Of a stretch of 64,000 nucleotides of DNA, positions 47,865-62,156 are shown one piece after another. Below the pieces are notes generated by a model. The model did no database searches and was not told the origin of the DNA. It was given only the letters and a program-made list of their open reading frames with translations. Made by a program: the position numbers and the translations under genes. This stretch comes from Blastocystis sp. Blastoise (taxonomy: Eukaryota > Protista > Bigyra: Opalinata), in assembly GCA_039096225.1 (NCBI GenBank), contig JBBPEB010000005.1:1318072-1382071 (forward strand). The letters are read 5' to 3'. Position 1 is the stretch's first letter; the number at the start of each line of letters is the position of its first letter.

Positions 47865-48968
47865 TCATTTATATTTCTTGTAAATTATTTTATAATTATA
47901 TTGTATATATGTATATTTATTTAAAGTCAACAAAAAAGAATACATAAGAAATAGTAATTATAAATATATTTATTAAAAATATCATATATACATAAAATAA
48001 TTTATTTTTCTTTATTTAGGTGATATAAGAAGAATTTATTAACGTTTAATTGTTCAGAATCTAAATCTATATTATCATAATCAAAATTTCTATATATATA
48101 TAAAAGTTATTATTGTATATATATATATATATATACAAGTTTCTAATATGTTTTATATTTTTTTGAAACATATTATATTCTTTGATAAATTGTTTAATCA
48201 TTCCAAATATAAGAATTGCATTGTTATTATCATAAGATTTATCACACTTTATATATAATATTTTTTTATTATATATATATATATATAAGTATATATATAT
48301 ATATATACTTTTTTATATTGAACAATAATTTTTGATGTATTAGTTTTAAATAATCTATATATATATATATATAGATAATTATATCAGAATAATTAAATAT
48401 ACTTTTTCATTTGATTTATAATTTGATTAAGATATTTATCATTTCCATTTTCAAATTCAAAAAAATTATATATATTAATTGTAAGCGTTTTCTTTTTATC
48501 ACCATTTGATAATTTATTAATTATTAAATAATATCTATCTTTATTTCTATACAATAATAATAATAGTAATAATAATAATATTAATATATATATATATATA
48601 TAGATTAATACTTTAAATAGATTGTAAATATAAAAAATATTGGTGAATTGGTATTAAAATGAATCTGAATTTCATCAGATATATTATATAACTATATATA
48701 TATTATTGTTAATAATAGGTATATATATATATATATATACATAAGAATCATTAATAAAATCATTATAATTATAGTAGTTATGAATGAATAAATTTATATT
48801 ATTGGTTGTTACAATTTTGTTATAAACATTTAAATATAAATATAAATCAAATAATTCACTTGGAAAAGATCCTTCATGTAAGAATGTATACTATATATAT
48901 TATATTATATTATATTATATTATATTATATTATATACATATTGTTTTTCATTAACTATTATCTCATTA

Positions 48969-49012
<44 letters not shown>

Positions 49013-51032
49013 TATATTATATTATATAATACTAATTAGATTATATGTTTGTTTATTATTTATTTGTATAGGATCATTTTCATATTGACTATTTTGACTA
49101 TTATTATAACAACTAGCTGTATATATATATATATATAAATATTATATTATTATATTATATACATTATATATATATATATTATATTATATTATATTATATA
49201 TATATATACAAATATTAATATTATCATTTGAATAATTTATAGATAAATTTGATGATTGATTATGAATTTCTTTGCTTATATCATTATTTTCAGATAATGA
49301 AGTATAATCATATACATCAGTAGGTATTATATTATCAGCATTAATATTATCAATATTATATTTAATAGATGATTGTATATTAGAATTATTAGCTGAAATT
49401 ATATTAGCTGAAGATTGGTTATTATTTTGAATAACTTTAGATGCATATTCATTAGTATTTTGAAGTTTTTGGAAAGAAATATTATTACTATTACTAATTA
49501 TTGGATTAGCCAAATTATTATTGATATTATTTAATAAGATATTAGGAGATGAAGAAATTATATTATCATTACTACTAATTATTGGATTTAATGAATTATT
49601 GTAATTGATTGATGAATTAAGATAGTTATTATTATTTATTAATGGATTTGAAGAACTGTTATGATTAATGAATGAATTAGAAGAATTATTATTATTTTGA
49701 TTATTAATATTGATTGATGAATTAAGATAATTATTATTATTGATTGATGAATTAAGATTGTTGTTATTATTGATTGATGAACTAAGATAATTGATATTAT
49801 TGATTGATGGATTAGAAGAATTGTTATAATTGATTGATGTACTAGATAAATTATGATTATTATTTACTATTGGATTAGATAAATTATGATTATTATTTGA
49901 TATTGGATAAGAAGAATTGTTATAATTGATTGATGTATTAGATAAATTATGATTATTAGTTGATATTGGATAAGAAGAATTGTTATAATTGATTGATGTA
50001 TTAGATAAATTATGATTATTAGTTGATATTGGATAAGAAGAATTGTTATAATTGATTGATGTATTAGATAAATTATGATTATTATTTACTATTGGATTAG
50101 ATAAATTATGATTATTATTTGATATTGGATAAGAAGAATTATTAATGAATGAATTAGAAGAATTATTATTATTTTGATTATTATTGTTGATTAATGGATT
50201 AGATAAATTATTTATTATTTGCTTAGAAGAATTATCATTGATAGAATTATCACTATTGGAAATGATAGAAATATTAAACTGATCAATATCTTCAACAGAA
50301 TTATGAATACTTGGAATTGGAGAATAATAATTATTTAATATATTATTATTATTTAGATTATATTGATTATTTAATGAATCATTTATACTATAATTATTAT
50401 CATTGTTATTAGAATTAAATGAAGGAAGAAGAAGAGGAGAAATAAGTTCTATACTTTTTTTATTTTCATCATCATTCATACTATTGAACTTTATAATGGG
50501 AGATATAATTATAGGAGATATTTGTTGATCTGATAATTTAATATATTTATTTTCATTGTTACAATTATTTATTTTAGCACTATCTTTTGATTCCATCTAT
50601 GGGATATATATGATAATATGAATATACATGAATAATATGAATATGAATATATATGGATAATATGAATATGAATATGAATATGAATATGAATATGAATATG
50701 AATACATATGGATAATATGAATATGAATATGAATATGAATATGAATATGAATATGAATATGAATATGAATATGAATATGAATATGAATATGAATATGAAT
50801 ATGAATATGAATATGAATATGAATATGAATATGAATATGAATATATATGAATATGAATATATATGGATAATATGAATATACATGAATAATATAAATAATA
50901 TCGATAATAAAAATAATATGGATAATATTGATAATATGAATACTTTAGATGATATATCTTCTTTTGATTCAATATAACGATTTATATCATAATTGAATGT
51001 ACACTTTCTAACCAGTAATTCATATGAGCAAG

Positions 51033-51074
<42 letters not shown>

Positions 51075-52423
51075 TATCTACATACTAGAGCTTCATGAAT
51101 GGTTATTAGGTTACCATCAATATCTCTTTCTGGGACAAAATAATTCATTTCTTTAGCGAATTGTTTATCCAGGACATAATCAATGAATACTTTTATACCA
51201 AGCTCAGAAGTACATAAATCATTTAATTTAAAATCATTATTATTATATATAGTTTTATATTTTATATTTAGATTATAGTATTTGTCATGAACATCATTTG
51301 TATGATGGCAACTTCTGATGAAACTTTGGCAATAAAGAGGATTAACACAATTTGTTCTTCCAAACCAAGTGGCAAAACAATGTCTATAGGAATAACCTGA
51401 GTGATCTTTAGGTATGTTACTAAATAATTTTTTTAATTGATGTTTACAACTATATAGGTATATAAGTTAATATATATATATATATATATATATAGATTTA
51501 GATAAATATATATATATAGGTATACATAGTGGGATAGGTACTATATGTGAATTGGGATGCTACATAATTACTATTAGTATTTGGTTTTCGTATATATAGG
51601 AATAAATTTGTTGTATATTCAATATCATTATCTTTTAAATATTCACATATTTGATTTCTTATAATTATATATTTATCATATATCTTTTGAAATTTTTCGC
51701 ATAAAATATATATATCAGGAAATTTTTTGCCGTCAGAATAAGGAATATTTCCATTCTTAGATCCTGTATGTATTATATATATATATTCTTTTTTAGTATT
51801 TTCATTTCTATATTTCTTTAGGTTTTCAAATAATTTCAAATTATATATATCATTATTTCTAAGTGGACAGCCTGTGCAAGTCTGAAGGAGATACATCATA
51901 AGAATCGTAATAGTATGAAATTTTTTTATATATATATCATTAATATTTTTCTTATTATTAATTTCTTCTATATATATATTAATTTTTTCAAATAATGTTC
52001 TAATTATATTGTAGTAATCTTGTAAAGAGATAAGAGCTTCCATTTTCTTTTTCTTATTCAAATCCTCAAAAGCTTTACTATCATTTTTACTAATGAAATT
52101 GCTATCTGTAATCATAACTGAAGACTTGTGAGTAATATATGTTAGTGTTTCTTTTATTATATCTTTCATTTTATTATCTATATATACATTTTTTCTTTCT
52201 ATATAGGTAATTATAGATCTTATCTCTTGTATTCTATTATGAAGGGTTTTTGGACAATTTGATCTGGGCAGAATATTTAGAGTAACGTATTTATATATAA
52301 AATCAGGAAATAGTAAAATATTCAAACCATAATGATCAAGTTCTTCCTGATATAATACAAAAGCAAAATTGATTATATCACAAATACTAAGCATAATTTC
52401 ATAACTATATATATATATATATA

Positions 52424-52455
<32 letters not shown>

Positions 52456-53029
52456 GATACAAAATTTGTTTCTCAGATAGAGAATATATAGATATATCCG
52501 GTATTTTATCCTCAACCCCGTTTTCATAGAAGTCTCCAGTAATCACAGATTTAATTAAAGGTAAAGCATATTTTATAAATATTTTTGTATTTGTATCCAT
52601 TAGTAGAATTCTTTTTCTACTACACTTTCTTTGATATTTCCAATATTTTATTATATTATATAGGCGACTAATATCATCATCACTTAATCGTTCTGGTAAA
52701 AAGCAACCAAGAAGATTTTTATTTATTTCTAATGATTTCTCACCAAGATTTATTTTTTCATTTAATTTTACAGGTAAATTTCTTAATTCTTGAATTGTAT
52801 TTAATGATTCTTCATTATTGTTATTTTTCTTAAGTATATATCCTAATTGCAGATATATATAGGTTTGAAGATCCAAATCTTTTACAAGTAGTGGGTTAGT
52901 AATAATCTATAAATTAAAATTAAAATAAATATGATTATTATTTAAATATATACATGTTTAGTATAGTTTGTATCCGAGTTCAAAATTAAATTACACAAAT
53001 TATTCATAAAATCCTGTATATATATATTA

Positions 53030-53080
<51 letters not shown>

Positions 53081-53451
53081 GATTTTAAATATACTTCATT
53101 ATCATCAAGATTTATTTTGTATTGCTTCAAAAAATTATATATTTCTGATCTTATCTATTGAGTATATATATATATAAATCAAAAAATATTATTTTAAAAT
53201 ATATTTATACTTCTTCATCTATTTCATTATTATTCTTAATTATATTTTGAATATCTATATATCGTATGAATTATAATAATAATAATGCATTTAATATATA
53301 AACAATTATTACTTGATAATGTATATAGAAATGTTTTGAGTTCTTCTGAACTTATTAGAATTTCTTCATCATCTTCTTCTTCATTATTTTTAATTGCTAG
53401 TGGTATATAGTCTATTTTATTCTTATTTGATATAATTTTCCCATTATCATT

Positions 53452-53501
<50 letters not shown>

Positions 53502-55088
53502 GTGAGTCTATATCAATTACATTATCTTGAATTTCGTCATTATTCTTGTTAGAATTGAATTTATAAGATTGATTATTATTTATCTGAATAGAATCATATT
53601 CTTTATTATCTATAGATTTCTTTTTTATTTTTATATTTTTATGTAGAATCGGTGAAAGAAATGATGCTTCAATAGGAAATTCATGACAAGCAGGTAATTG
53701 TTTATTTATAGAATTGGGATTACATTGATTATTTAAATTATTATTAGATATAGTAGATTTAATAGAATTATTAGAAATTGATATAGGTGGAAAAGGAGAT
53801 GAATGAAAATTATTGATAGATGAATTATTATTATGATTATTATTAAAAGTTGATATAGGTGGAGAAGGAAATGAATGAAATTTATTGATAGATAAATCAT
53901 TATTATTATTATTAGAAATTGATATAGGTGGAGATAGAGATGAATGAGATTTATTGATAGATAAATTATGATTATGATTATTATTAAAAATTGATATAGG
54001 TGGAGAAGGAGATGTATAAAATTGATTAATAGATGAATTATTATTATTATGATTATTATTAAAAATTGATATAGGTGGAGAAGGAGATGATATAGAAGAT
54101 GAAGATGAATTAAATTTATTGATACATGAATTATTATTATGATTATTATTAGAAATTGATATATGTGGAGAAGGAGATGAATGAAAATTATTAATAGATG
54201 AATTATGATTATGATTATTATTAAAAATTGATATAGGTGGAGAAGGAGATGATATAGAAGGAGATGAATTAAATTGAATAGAATGAATAGAAGGAGATGA
54301 ATGAAAATTATTGATAGATGAATTATTATTACGATTATTATTAAAAATTGATATAGGTGGAGAAGGAGATGATATAGAAGATGAAGATGAATTAAATTTA
54401 TTGATAGATGAATTATTATTATTATTATGATTATTATTAAAAATTGATATAGGTGGAGAAGGAGATGATATAGAAGGTGAAGATAAATTAAATTGAATAG
54501 AATGACTAGAAGGAGATGATATAGAAGGTGAATAATATAGATCACTATTCATATATAATGGATTAGGGTCTTTAGATAAAGGACTAGGAGGAAAAGAAGA
54601 ACAAGAAGAAGAATCATCGATCAAAATTGTATTAACTATATATATTATTTATGAAATGAAAATTATATTATTATTAATGTATATATATATATATTACAAT
54701 TATTATTTAATATTTTTTTATTTTGTTTTTGAAATTTATTGTTATTTGAAGATGAGATTTCTATTTTATTATAAGATATTATTATAGTATATATATACTT
54801 TTTTTAGGTGTACTTGATTGACGAGTTTTTTCGTAAGTAGAATCAATAGATAATTGTTGAGTTTCTAGTATATCATTTTTAAAACGATTGTTATTTTTTT
54901 TGATTTTATTATTTTTAGTATTCGCTATAATTTTATTAATTGATATATAGATTTATTAATAATAATATATAAAATATTTTGATATTAGATACAATCAAAT
55001 TGATTAATACTTATTTGGTTTTGCTATATAAAAATAAATAATTTATTTATCATGTATTATGTATATTATATCATACAATTCTTTTCAT
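47865..55088 (-). CDS. Intron-rich tyrosine recombinase (Crypton-like) with S/P/N-rich repeats and a probable degenerate Ulp1/C48-like C-terminal domain
   Basis: ATG at 55088 (MKRIQNQISINQFDS...) and ~21 GT-AG introns. Catalytic motifs: LQTCTGCPLRNNDIYNL (R, 51858-60), HTGSKNG (K), GYSYRHCFATW (R, 51383-85), SCHHTNDVHDKYY (H then Y at +9). The catalytic exon 51087-51449 is absent from the ORF track. Two junctions (53454-53499 and ~51035-51086) need a non-default acceptor or a 1-nt correction. The stop is either 47917 or 47865. Confidence 0.8.
49850..50140 (-). repeat. Coding tandem repeat, 63-bp unit (NNHNLSNTSINYNNSSYPIST)
   Basis: Three near-identical 63-bp units plus partial copies within ORF 49184..50596. 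Confidence 0.9.
50615..50890 (+). repeat. (ATATGA)n hexamer microsatellite inside intron 50597-50943 of the recombinase gene
   Basis: Seen directly; flanked on the minus strand by gtattc... and ...cccatag. Confidence 0.9.
53770..54530 (-). repeat. Coding tandem repeats (SSPSPPISIFNNNHNNNSSIN units)
   Basis: About 10 degenerate units in ORF 53236..54624, with recurring aattgatataggtggagaaggagatg on the plus strand. Confidence 0.9.
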
Positions 55089-55182
55089 TACTATTAAATA
55101 AGAAAAATAAATATTGTTATTTATAACTTATTTTTTTCTGAATAGTTTTTTTTTAATCAATTATATTTTAATATAAAATAAA

Positions 55183-55366
55183 AACTGTAAACAAACTGTA
55201 TATTAACTGTATATTAACTGTAAACAAACTGTATATTAACTGTATATTAACTGTATATTAACTGTATTAACTGTATATTAACTGTATATTAACTGTATAT
55301 TAACTGTATACTAAATAAAATTAAACTGTATACTAAATAAAATTAAACTGTATATAAACTGTATAC
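55183..55366. repeat. Tandem array of 11-bp AACTGTATATT units ~95 bp upstream of the recombinase ATG
   Basis: About 15 copies of the AACTGTA core, mostly at 11-bp period. Confidence 0.9.
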
Positions 55367-58300
55367 AAAATTTTTCTGATCAACGAATGGTTTATATATA
55401 TAGGATTTAAATATATTTTTGAATATAATTATTATATATATATATGTTTTTATATATCGTACATTATTTTTTTCCAGTTTAACAAATTTAGAATATAAAT
55501 TTATAAAAACTTAATTATTTGAAAAATAAAATAATTAATACTAACCCTGTTGATACGATGACAATCAGTATCAGTATCATTTCTAATGTTAATTATATTA
55601 TTTTTTTGATGATGCTAATTTATATATTGTTTTTTATTTATGTATATAGTATATACTTTATAAGTCAAAAGAATAATATTAAAAATTAATTGAAAAAATT
55701 TATAAAAGTATATTATCTATATTATGACTTATTCTATTTGAATTTGGTAGTTCTTTGACATATGACACCATTTTATTCTATGTATATAATCTAAAGATTA
55801 TAAATATATAGATGAGATTCATTTAAATATCATATTTCAGGATATAGAGCATAAAATTGTCGATGAAAAATTATAGAAAATCTTGCATCAAAAATCATTT
55901 TTTTCAATCATAATTGATCCTATCAACTCATTCACACAAATTATAACACTTTTAAAGCTATATTATATATATACATGCTATTTAGATATTTCTTAGTAAA
56001 TATGTTTCTTTAAATTATACAAGTCAAAGAAAATCGTTTAAGAAATCGATAGTCTAAAAAATAATATCATAAAAAAAGTCATACCAACATTCATTTATTA
56101 TATTTCTAGCACTTTTAAATGCTATATATATTTATGACACTGTTGTTATTCTATAATAAAAGAATTATTATTATTAAATAAAAATTGACTGAGTTATATG
56201 ACTTTTATTAAAGAGAGGCAAAAAAAAATTAAAAAAAACTTAAATTTCTTCTTTTCATTTTTGATACCCTAGATAATGAATTTTGAAGCAAATCTGTTCG
56301 TATGCATTTAATACATGATATAGCTTAGTAATAACTAAAAATAACAAATTTAGAAGACAAAAAAAAACAACATATTGCATTTTGACCCAATGTCGACTTG
56401 TCAAGATAAATCTATTAAAGTATTATTTCTTATGTATGGACAATACTGTATATGAATATAAACGATATAAAGCCATTTAGCAACATTATCCTAGTTAAAA
56501 GACCCTTTTTTCAATCTTGCCAAAGCTGATTCATTTTGTGCGAAAATTTTTATTTTTTTAATTGCTACTTTTCTCAATGATGGATTGTCGTTATATTATG
56601 TTTGACACCAAAAAATATATCTACGTTTTATAAACTTTATATCTAGTATGCTTTTATATTATTATTCTTAAAATGGAAGACACTATTACAATAACAAGAA
56701 TAAAAAATTGATTGATCATGATTTTTTAGATAATCAAGGCTACTGATCTCATTTTTGAACTAATATGTCTTAAATATACAAAATATGTATCTATATGTTA
56801 TCCTTATTCGATATTGGTGTCTTTCATATATATTTAATATATTTTTATTGGTGAATGAGTTAAAAGAAACTTGAGTATGCAAATTAATCTTTTCTAAAAA
56901 TTTCAGTTTTTTAAATCTCATTCGTAAGTACTCATTTAAGTTATATTTAAAAATTATGAATATACATATGTGTACTAGATCCTTATTACTATCTATTTGA
57001 TATACATATATGTTTGAATAAAACCTTTTTCAAAACTGATGCAAATGCTGACTTGAATAGAAAAGTATAAGTGTGTTATTCTAAACACATATCATATGTA
57101 TTTTAGTTTAATACACATTTTAGAAAGTATTTGGCACAGCATTCTCATTTCGAAATGTTAATTTTTCACTTTTAAAGAATCTAGTTGTAAGAAAATGTTC
57201 TACAGGTCAAAATATCTACAAAAAGTAAAAAAATTGTGAATATTAATATTGTTTAATAGTGACTAAAAAGAAAATAAAACTAAATTGAAAAACAAATTAT
57301 TTAAATAAAAAATAGAAAATAAAGAATTCTAAGAGATTTTAAGAATTCTAAAAGAAATGAAGAGAAAAATATTTTAAAAATTTTAGAGTCATTTCAAAAA
57401 TCAAAAATTTATCTATACAAACAATATTTTTAAATGAAATATAGCTTGTTTTCAATACTTTATTATGTTATATGTAATCTTATATTTAGTAAAAGCTCGT
57501 TTAAACAGTCATAGATACCTATATAAATTTATATGAAAAGTCATTCTTATATTATTTTTCTTAATTAATTATATGACTTTTTTTGAACACAATATTTGAC
57601 CTCATAATTGAGTATATAATATATATCACATATCAAGTGTATTCAATCAAAACCTAAAAATATATTTTAATTGCTTTGAAGAATAGAAATGACTTTAAGA
57701 TTTACTTGTTTTGTTATTTTAATAGAAATTAGATTTTAAACAAAAATATCATACTAATATATAAAAGATGATATGTGATTAAATATGAAAACTATATTTT
57801 TGATATTATTTATTATATAATCGTTGAATGAGAAGAGTTTGTTTCTTTTTCTTTCTTTCAGTTTTTATTCTTATATTATAATTTCATTAGTTTATGTTAT
57901 ATTGATGATAAATACTATTGTAAGGTAATTTAAAAAATATATCTTTAAGTATACAATTAAGAAATAATAGGCTCATTCTTGTTAATTTAACTTTCATCAA
58001 AATTTTATATATCAAAAAATTGTTTATTATATATTTTGCTATGTCTATATAGTCATCCACCTTCTTTCACTTTTTTTCATTAAATATTTTTTTATTTTCA
58101 AATATTAAACAAACAGAATTTAAACTCATTCTTAAGACATCCAAAATTTGTAAATATATATTTCCTTAAAACATTCACAAGAGTTATTCATTGTTTTAGT
58201 TTCATTCAAATCAATATAAAATATTTCAATAATTTGTTTTTTTTTCTAATATTCTCTTATAATCAAGTATCAAGTGTTGTTTTACAAATTGACTAATAAT

Positions 58301-59149
58301 CATCTTTTGTATTCATAGACTAAACGATATATTATATATTATTATATCTACTGATAGTGTTTTATTCATGTATGATATTCTTAAATTATTATATATTTTA
58401 ATTTTAAGATATATTCATTAAATTTAATTCTTAATCTTTTTTGTTTTGTTTTATTATCAAAGAATAAAGATATTTTATTTTATATATAACATTGAAACAT
58501 TGTTAGGAAGCTAAGCAAGTAATTTTTAAATAATAGTTACTAAAGCAAAGACACTTAAACAACACATTTGTTTTATAACAAAAAATATAAAGTTATTTAT
58601 TTTATATACTCACACCTTATTCCAATATACATATTATTATAACATACTAATATACTATAATGAATGATATATTATATCAATAGTCTCTGATGAAATATCA
58701 TCATATTTTCAACATAATGATAAACAACAATGTATATAAACAATATTTTTTTTTGTGAAATTTCTTGTAAGTATTAAAGTTAATTATATGTAGCTATTAT
58801 AGAATAAAAAAATATATATCAACAAATAAAGTCATTAATATAGTATTAGAAAGGACGTTTTTGATGAAATATTTTTAGTTTTGAAAATTTTTGGCTTTTT
58901 GAAATGACTTTTAATTTTATTTTTGAAATATAAAATAAATTAGTATTAAAAAAGAAATTCTTTTTAAGAAAATATTTTTGTAAATTATTTTTTTTGACTT
59001 TGAGCGTCATGAATTGATTTTTTAAATATGTGCTACAATAAATATAATTTTTATAAATTTTATTAATAATGATGATTAAATAATTATTAATTAAAAAGGG
59101 TTATTTTTTATATACTGATAACCAAACACCTATTTTTCTTATTATTTTT

Positions 59150-61200
59150 ATTACATAGAGAGATATAGATGAAAATTTTAATATTCAATATATATATATA
59201 TATATATTATTATAGAATAGATTCTTATCATTTTGAAATATTTATGTATATATAAGATATAAAAAATAATTATTCTTTGTGTCCTATAAATATATTTTTT
59301 ATTAAAATGTTCTAGTGTTATATATTTCAATAAATATTTATATTAAATTATAATACATAAAATCTATATATGTGTTAATATAAAATCACAATAGATCCAA
59401 ATACTATATTTTTATTTATTATATAATGATAATATATATATATATTGTTTTATAAAATATATGTTTTAATTATATTATATATATATTTTTATTAAATGAA
59501 TTTATAATTTATATTTGTATTATATGGTTTTTAGTTTATATCATATTTATTATAGATTGAATTATTTTATCAATATTTAAGTATTATTGAATGAAAGATA
59601 AAAATTATTTTTTAATTATATTATATATATATATATATATAAATTCATTTATTTATTTATATAATAAGCTAACTCTTTTTTTAAATGATATTTATATTTA
59701 TTTATAATCTATTTTTATAAATTATTTATTTATTAGATATTCTATTAATAATATGAAATACGAAATATATTTAATAATAATATATTACTCTTTGAATGAG
59801 ACTTTTGTATTTATTAAAATTAATTGATTTTTTTTTATATCTTTAATGCGATTTAATTATATAATTATGTGTTATTGATAAAAATGTTTTTATTATAATT
59901 AAGTGAAGTTAATAAAAAAGAAGTATATTTCAATTTTAGAAAATATATAGATAATTTGATTCTATAAATTAGATATATAATATATTAATAAAAATAATTT
60001 TATTTTTTGAATATATATATTAAAAATAATAAATTCTAAATAAATTTCTGATTATATTTTATATAATAATAGTTAGTTTACATTTAATATAATGAATTTT
60101 ATATAACTATCATTATTTAATAATAAATAGTGTTATTTGTTAACGTAAAAAAAAATATATACAAATATTTATTAATTAATGAATATTTATTGTATAATAG
60201 ATATTTTATTTCTTTTAATGAAAATAAATATTAATTTATGAATGATATATTTTAATTATCAAAATTAGTAATGAGAATGATTATAAATGAGAGTTTATAT
60301 TGAATAGTAATTATAAAATTATATTTAAATACTTGAATAATATATAAAGATAAATATTATATATGAATTAATCAATTTGTGAAAAATCTGTATTGAATTG
60401 TTTAATATTAGGAATACTCATATATAGTTAGTATAATTTTATATATAAATATATAATAGCTAATTATGATAATTATATATATATATAAATTCATTATATA
60501 TGTAAATATATATTTGAATAATAGAAAAAATATGATAGAAATTATTTAGTTTATTGTATATTTAAATAATTATAAATATCTATATAATAAAATATTATTA
60601 TTTTTTCTAGATATATAAATGAATATAATATATATATATTTATATATAGAGAAGTAATAAAATAATAATTATTTGACTTTATTTCTGGTTGTATGAAATA
60701 TAGAATTCATAATGAGTAATAGAATTAGTAATGAATGTTTTATAAAATTTTTTATGCTATGCATTATAATTATGTCAATTATTGCTGATATGATAGAATA
60801 ATAATGAATATAAGTATATATAGGTATATATATAAATATATTATAAAAAGTAATTTAAAAACACAAAAATCTTTTAGTAACATATAATACTTTTTGAAAA
60901 ATTGATTTATTTGATAGTTTGATATGAATAGAAATAAATATTAGAATAAGTCATATGACTATTAATTGATAATATAGAATTTTTAATTAATTTAAATAAT
61001 TTGTATAATATTGACAATTAATCGCGATTATTTAATATTAATAAGATAATTATTACTTTAAGGTATTTTTATAGTCACATTTTAGCTACAGTCACATAAT
61101 TTTATATATATAAAATTTCTATATCAATAAATGGACACTAAAGACGACCTAGGAGTATATGATGTTATATAAGTGTTAATAAAAAGTCTATATATATAAC
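59150..61200 (+). repeat. Terminal subtelomeric AT-rich block
   Basis: Homologous to 35850-37900; no coding signal. Confidence 0.8.
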
Positions 61201-61892
61201 AACACTTTTTAGAGATAATTAGTCATTTGATATTATTCGAGTGACATTCTACATATTTTTATGAAAAATCATGATTATTATAAAAAGTGATTTAATCTAA
61301 TAGATAATAACAGATTTATGATTATTTATGACAGATAGAGTATAATTAAATATATTCCCGTGATTATTTTTGAAAATTGATTATTTTTATAGACAATGAT
61401 AGATTTATGATTATTTATGACTTATAGAGTGATATTTGATAAATTCCCGTGATTATTTTTGAAATGGAATAGTTTTAAAGACAATGATGGATTTATGATT
61501 ATTTATGTGTTCGAGAGTGATATTTGATAAATTCCCGTGATTATTTTTAAAATTGATATATTTTAACAGAAAATGAGAGACTTATGATCATATACGAAAA
61601 AGTAAGTATAGTCTGACATACGTAAAGGATATTTTTGAAAATTAAGGGTTTTATAGATAACAATAGACTTATATACATATATGACAAATAAGTGTAACTA
61701 TATATATTTTTGCCATTTTTTATGAATGTTGAGTATGTCATACATAATAATAGATTTATGATTATTTATGACTTATAGAGTGTTATTTGATAAATTCCCA
61801 TGATTATTTTTGGAAATTGATTATTCTCATAAAAAATGATAGATTTATGATTATTTATAAGTTGTAGAGTGAAATTTGATAAATTCCCGTGA
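61200..61892 (+). repeat. ~88-bp telomere-associated satellite (~8 units)
   Basis: ttcccgtgatta cores at ~61356, 61444, 61532, 61796 and 61884. Confidence 0.92.
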
Positions 61893-61975
61893 TTAGGGTT
61901 AGGGTTAGGGTTAGGGTTAGGGTTAGGGTTAGGGTTAGGGTTAGGGTTAGGGTTAGGGTTAGGGTTAGGGTAGGG

Positions 61976-62016
<41 letters not shown>

Positions 62017-62048
62017 GGTTAGGGTTAGGGTTAGGGTTAGGGTTAGGG

Positions 62049-62089
<41 letters not shown>

Positions 62090-62115
62090 GGTTAGGGTTA
62101 GGGTTAGGGTTAGGG

Positions 62116-62156
<41 letters not shown>

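Noticed and set aside
50569-50972. (IF)n/(YS)n/(IH)n ORFs
   Set aside because: Hexamer microsatellite inside a GT-AG intron.
53733-54545. 270-aa hydrophobic overlapping ORF
   Set aside because: Shadow frame of the S/P/N coding repeats; the other frame splices into the recombinase gene.
55500-59000. Possible second gene or right terminus of the recombinase element
   Set aside because: No ORF, splice pattern, or terminal direct/inverted repeat matching the 39-kb side could be identified by eye.
61889-62071. (RV)n ORF
   Set aside because: Telomeric repeat translation.
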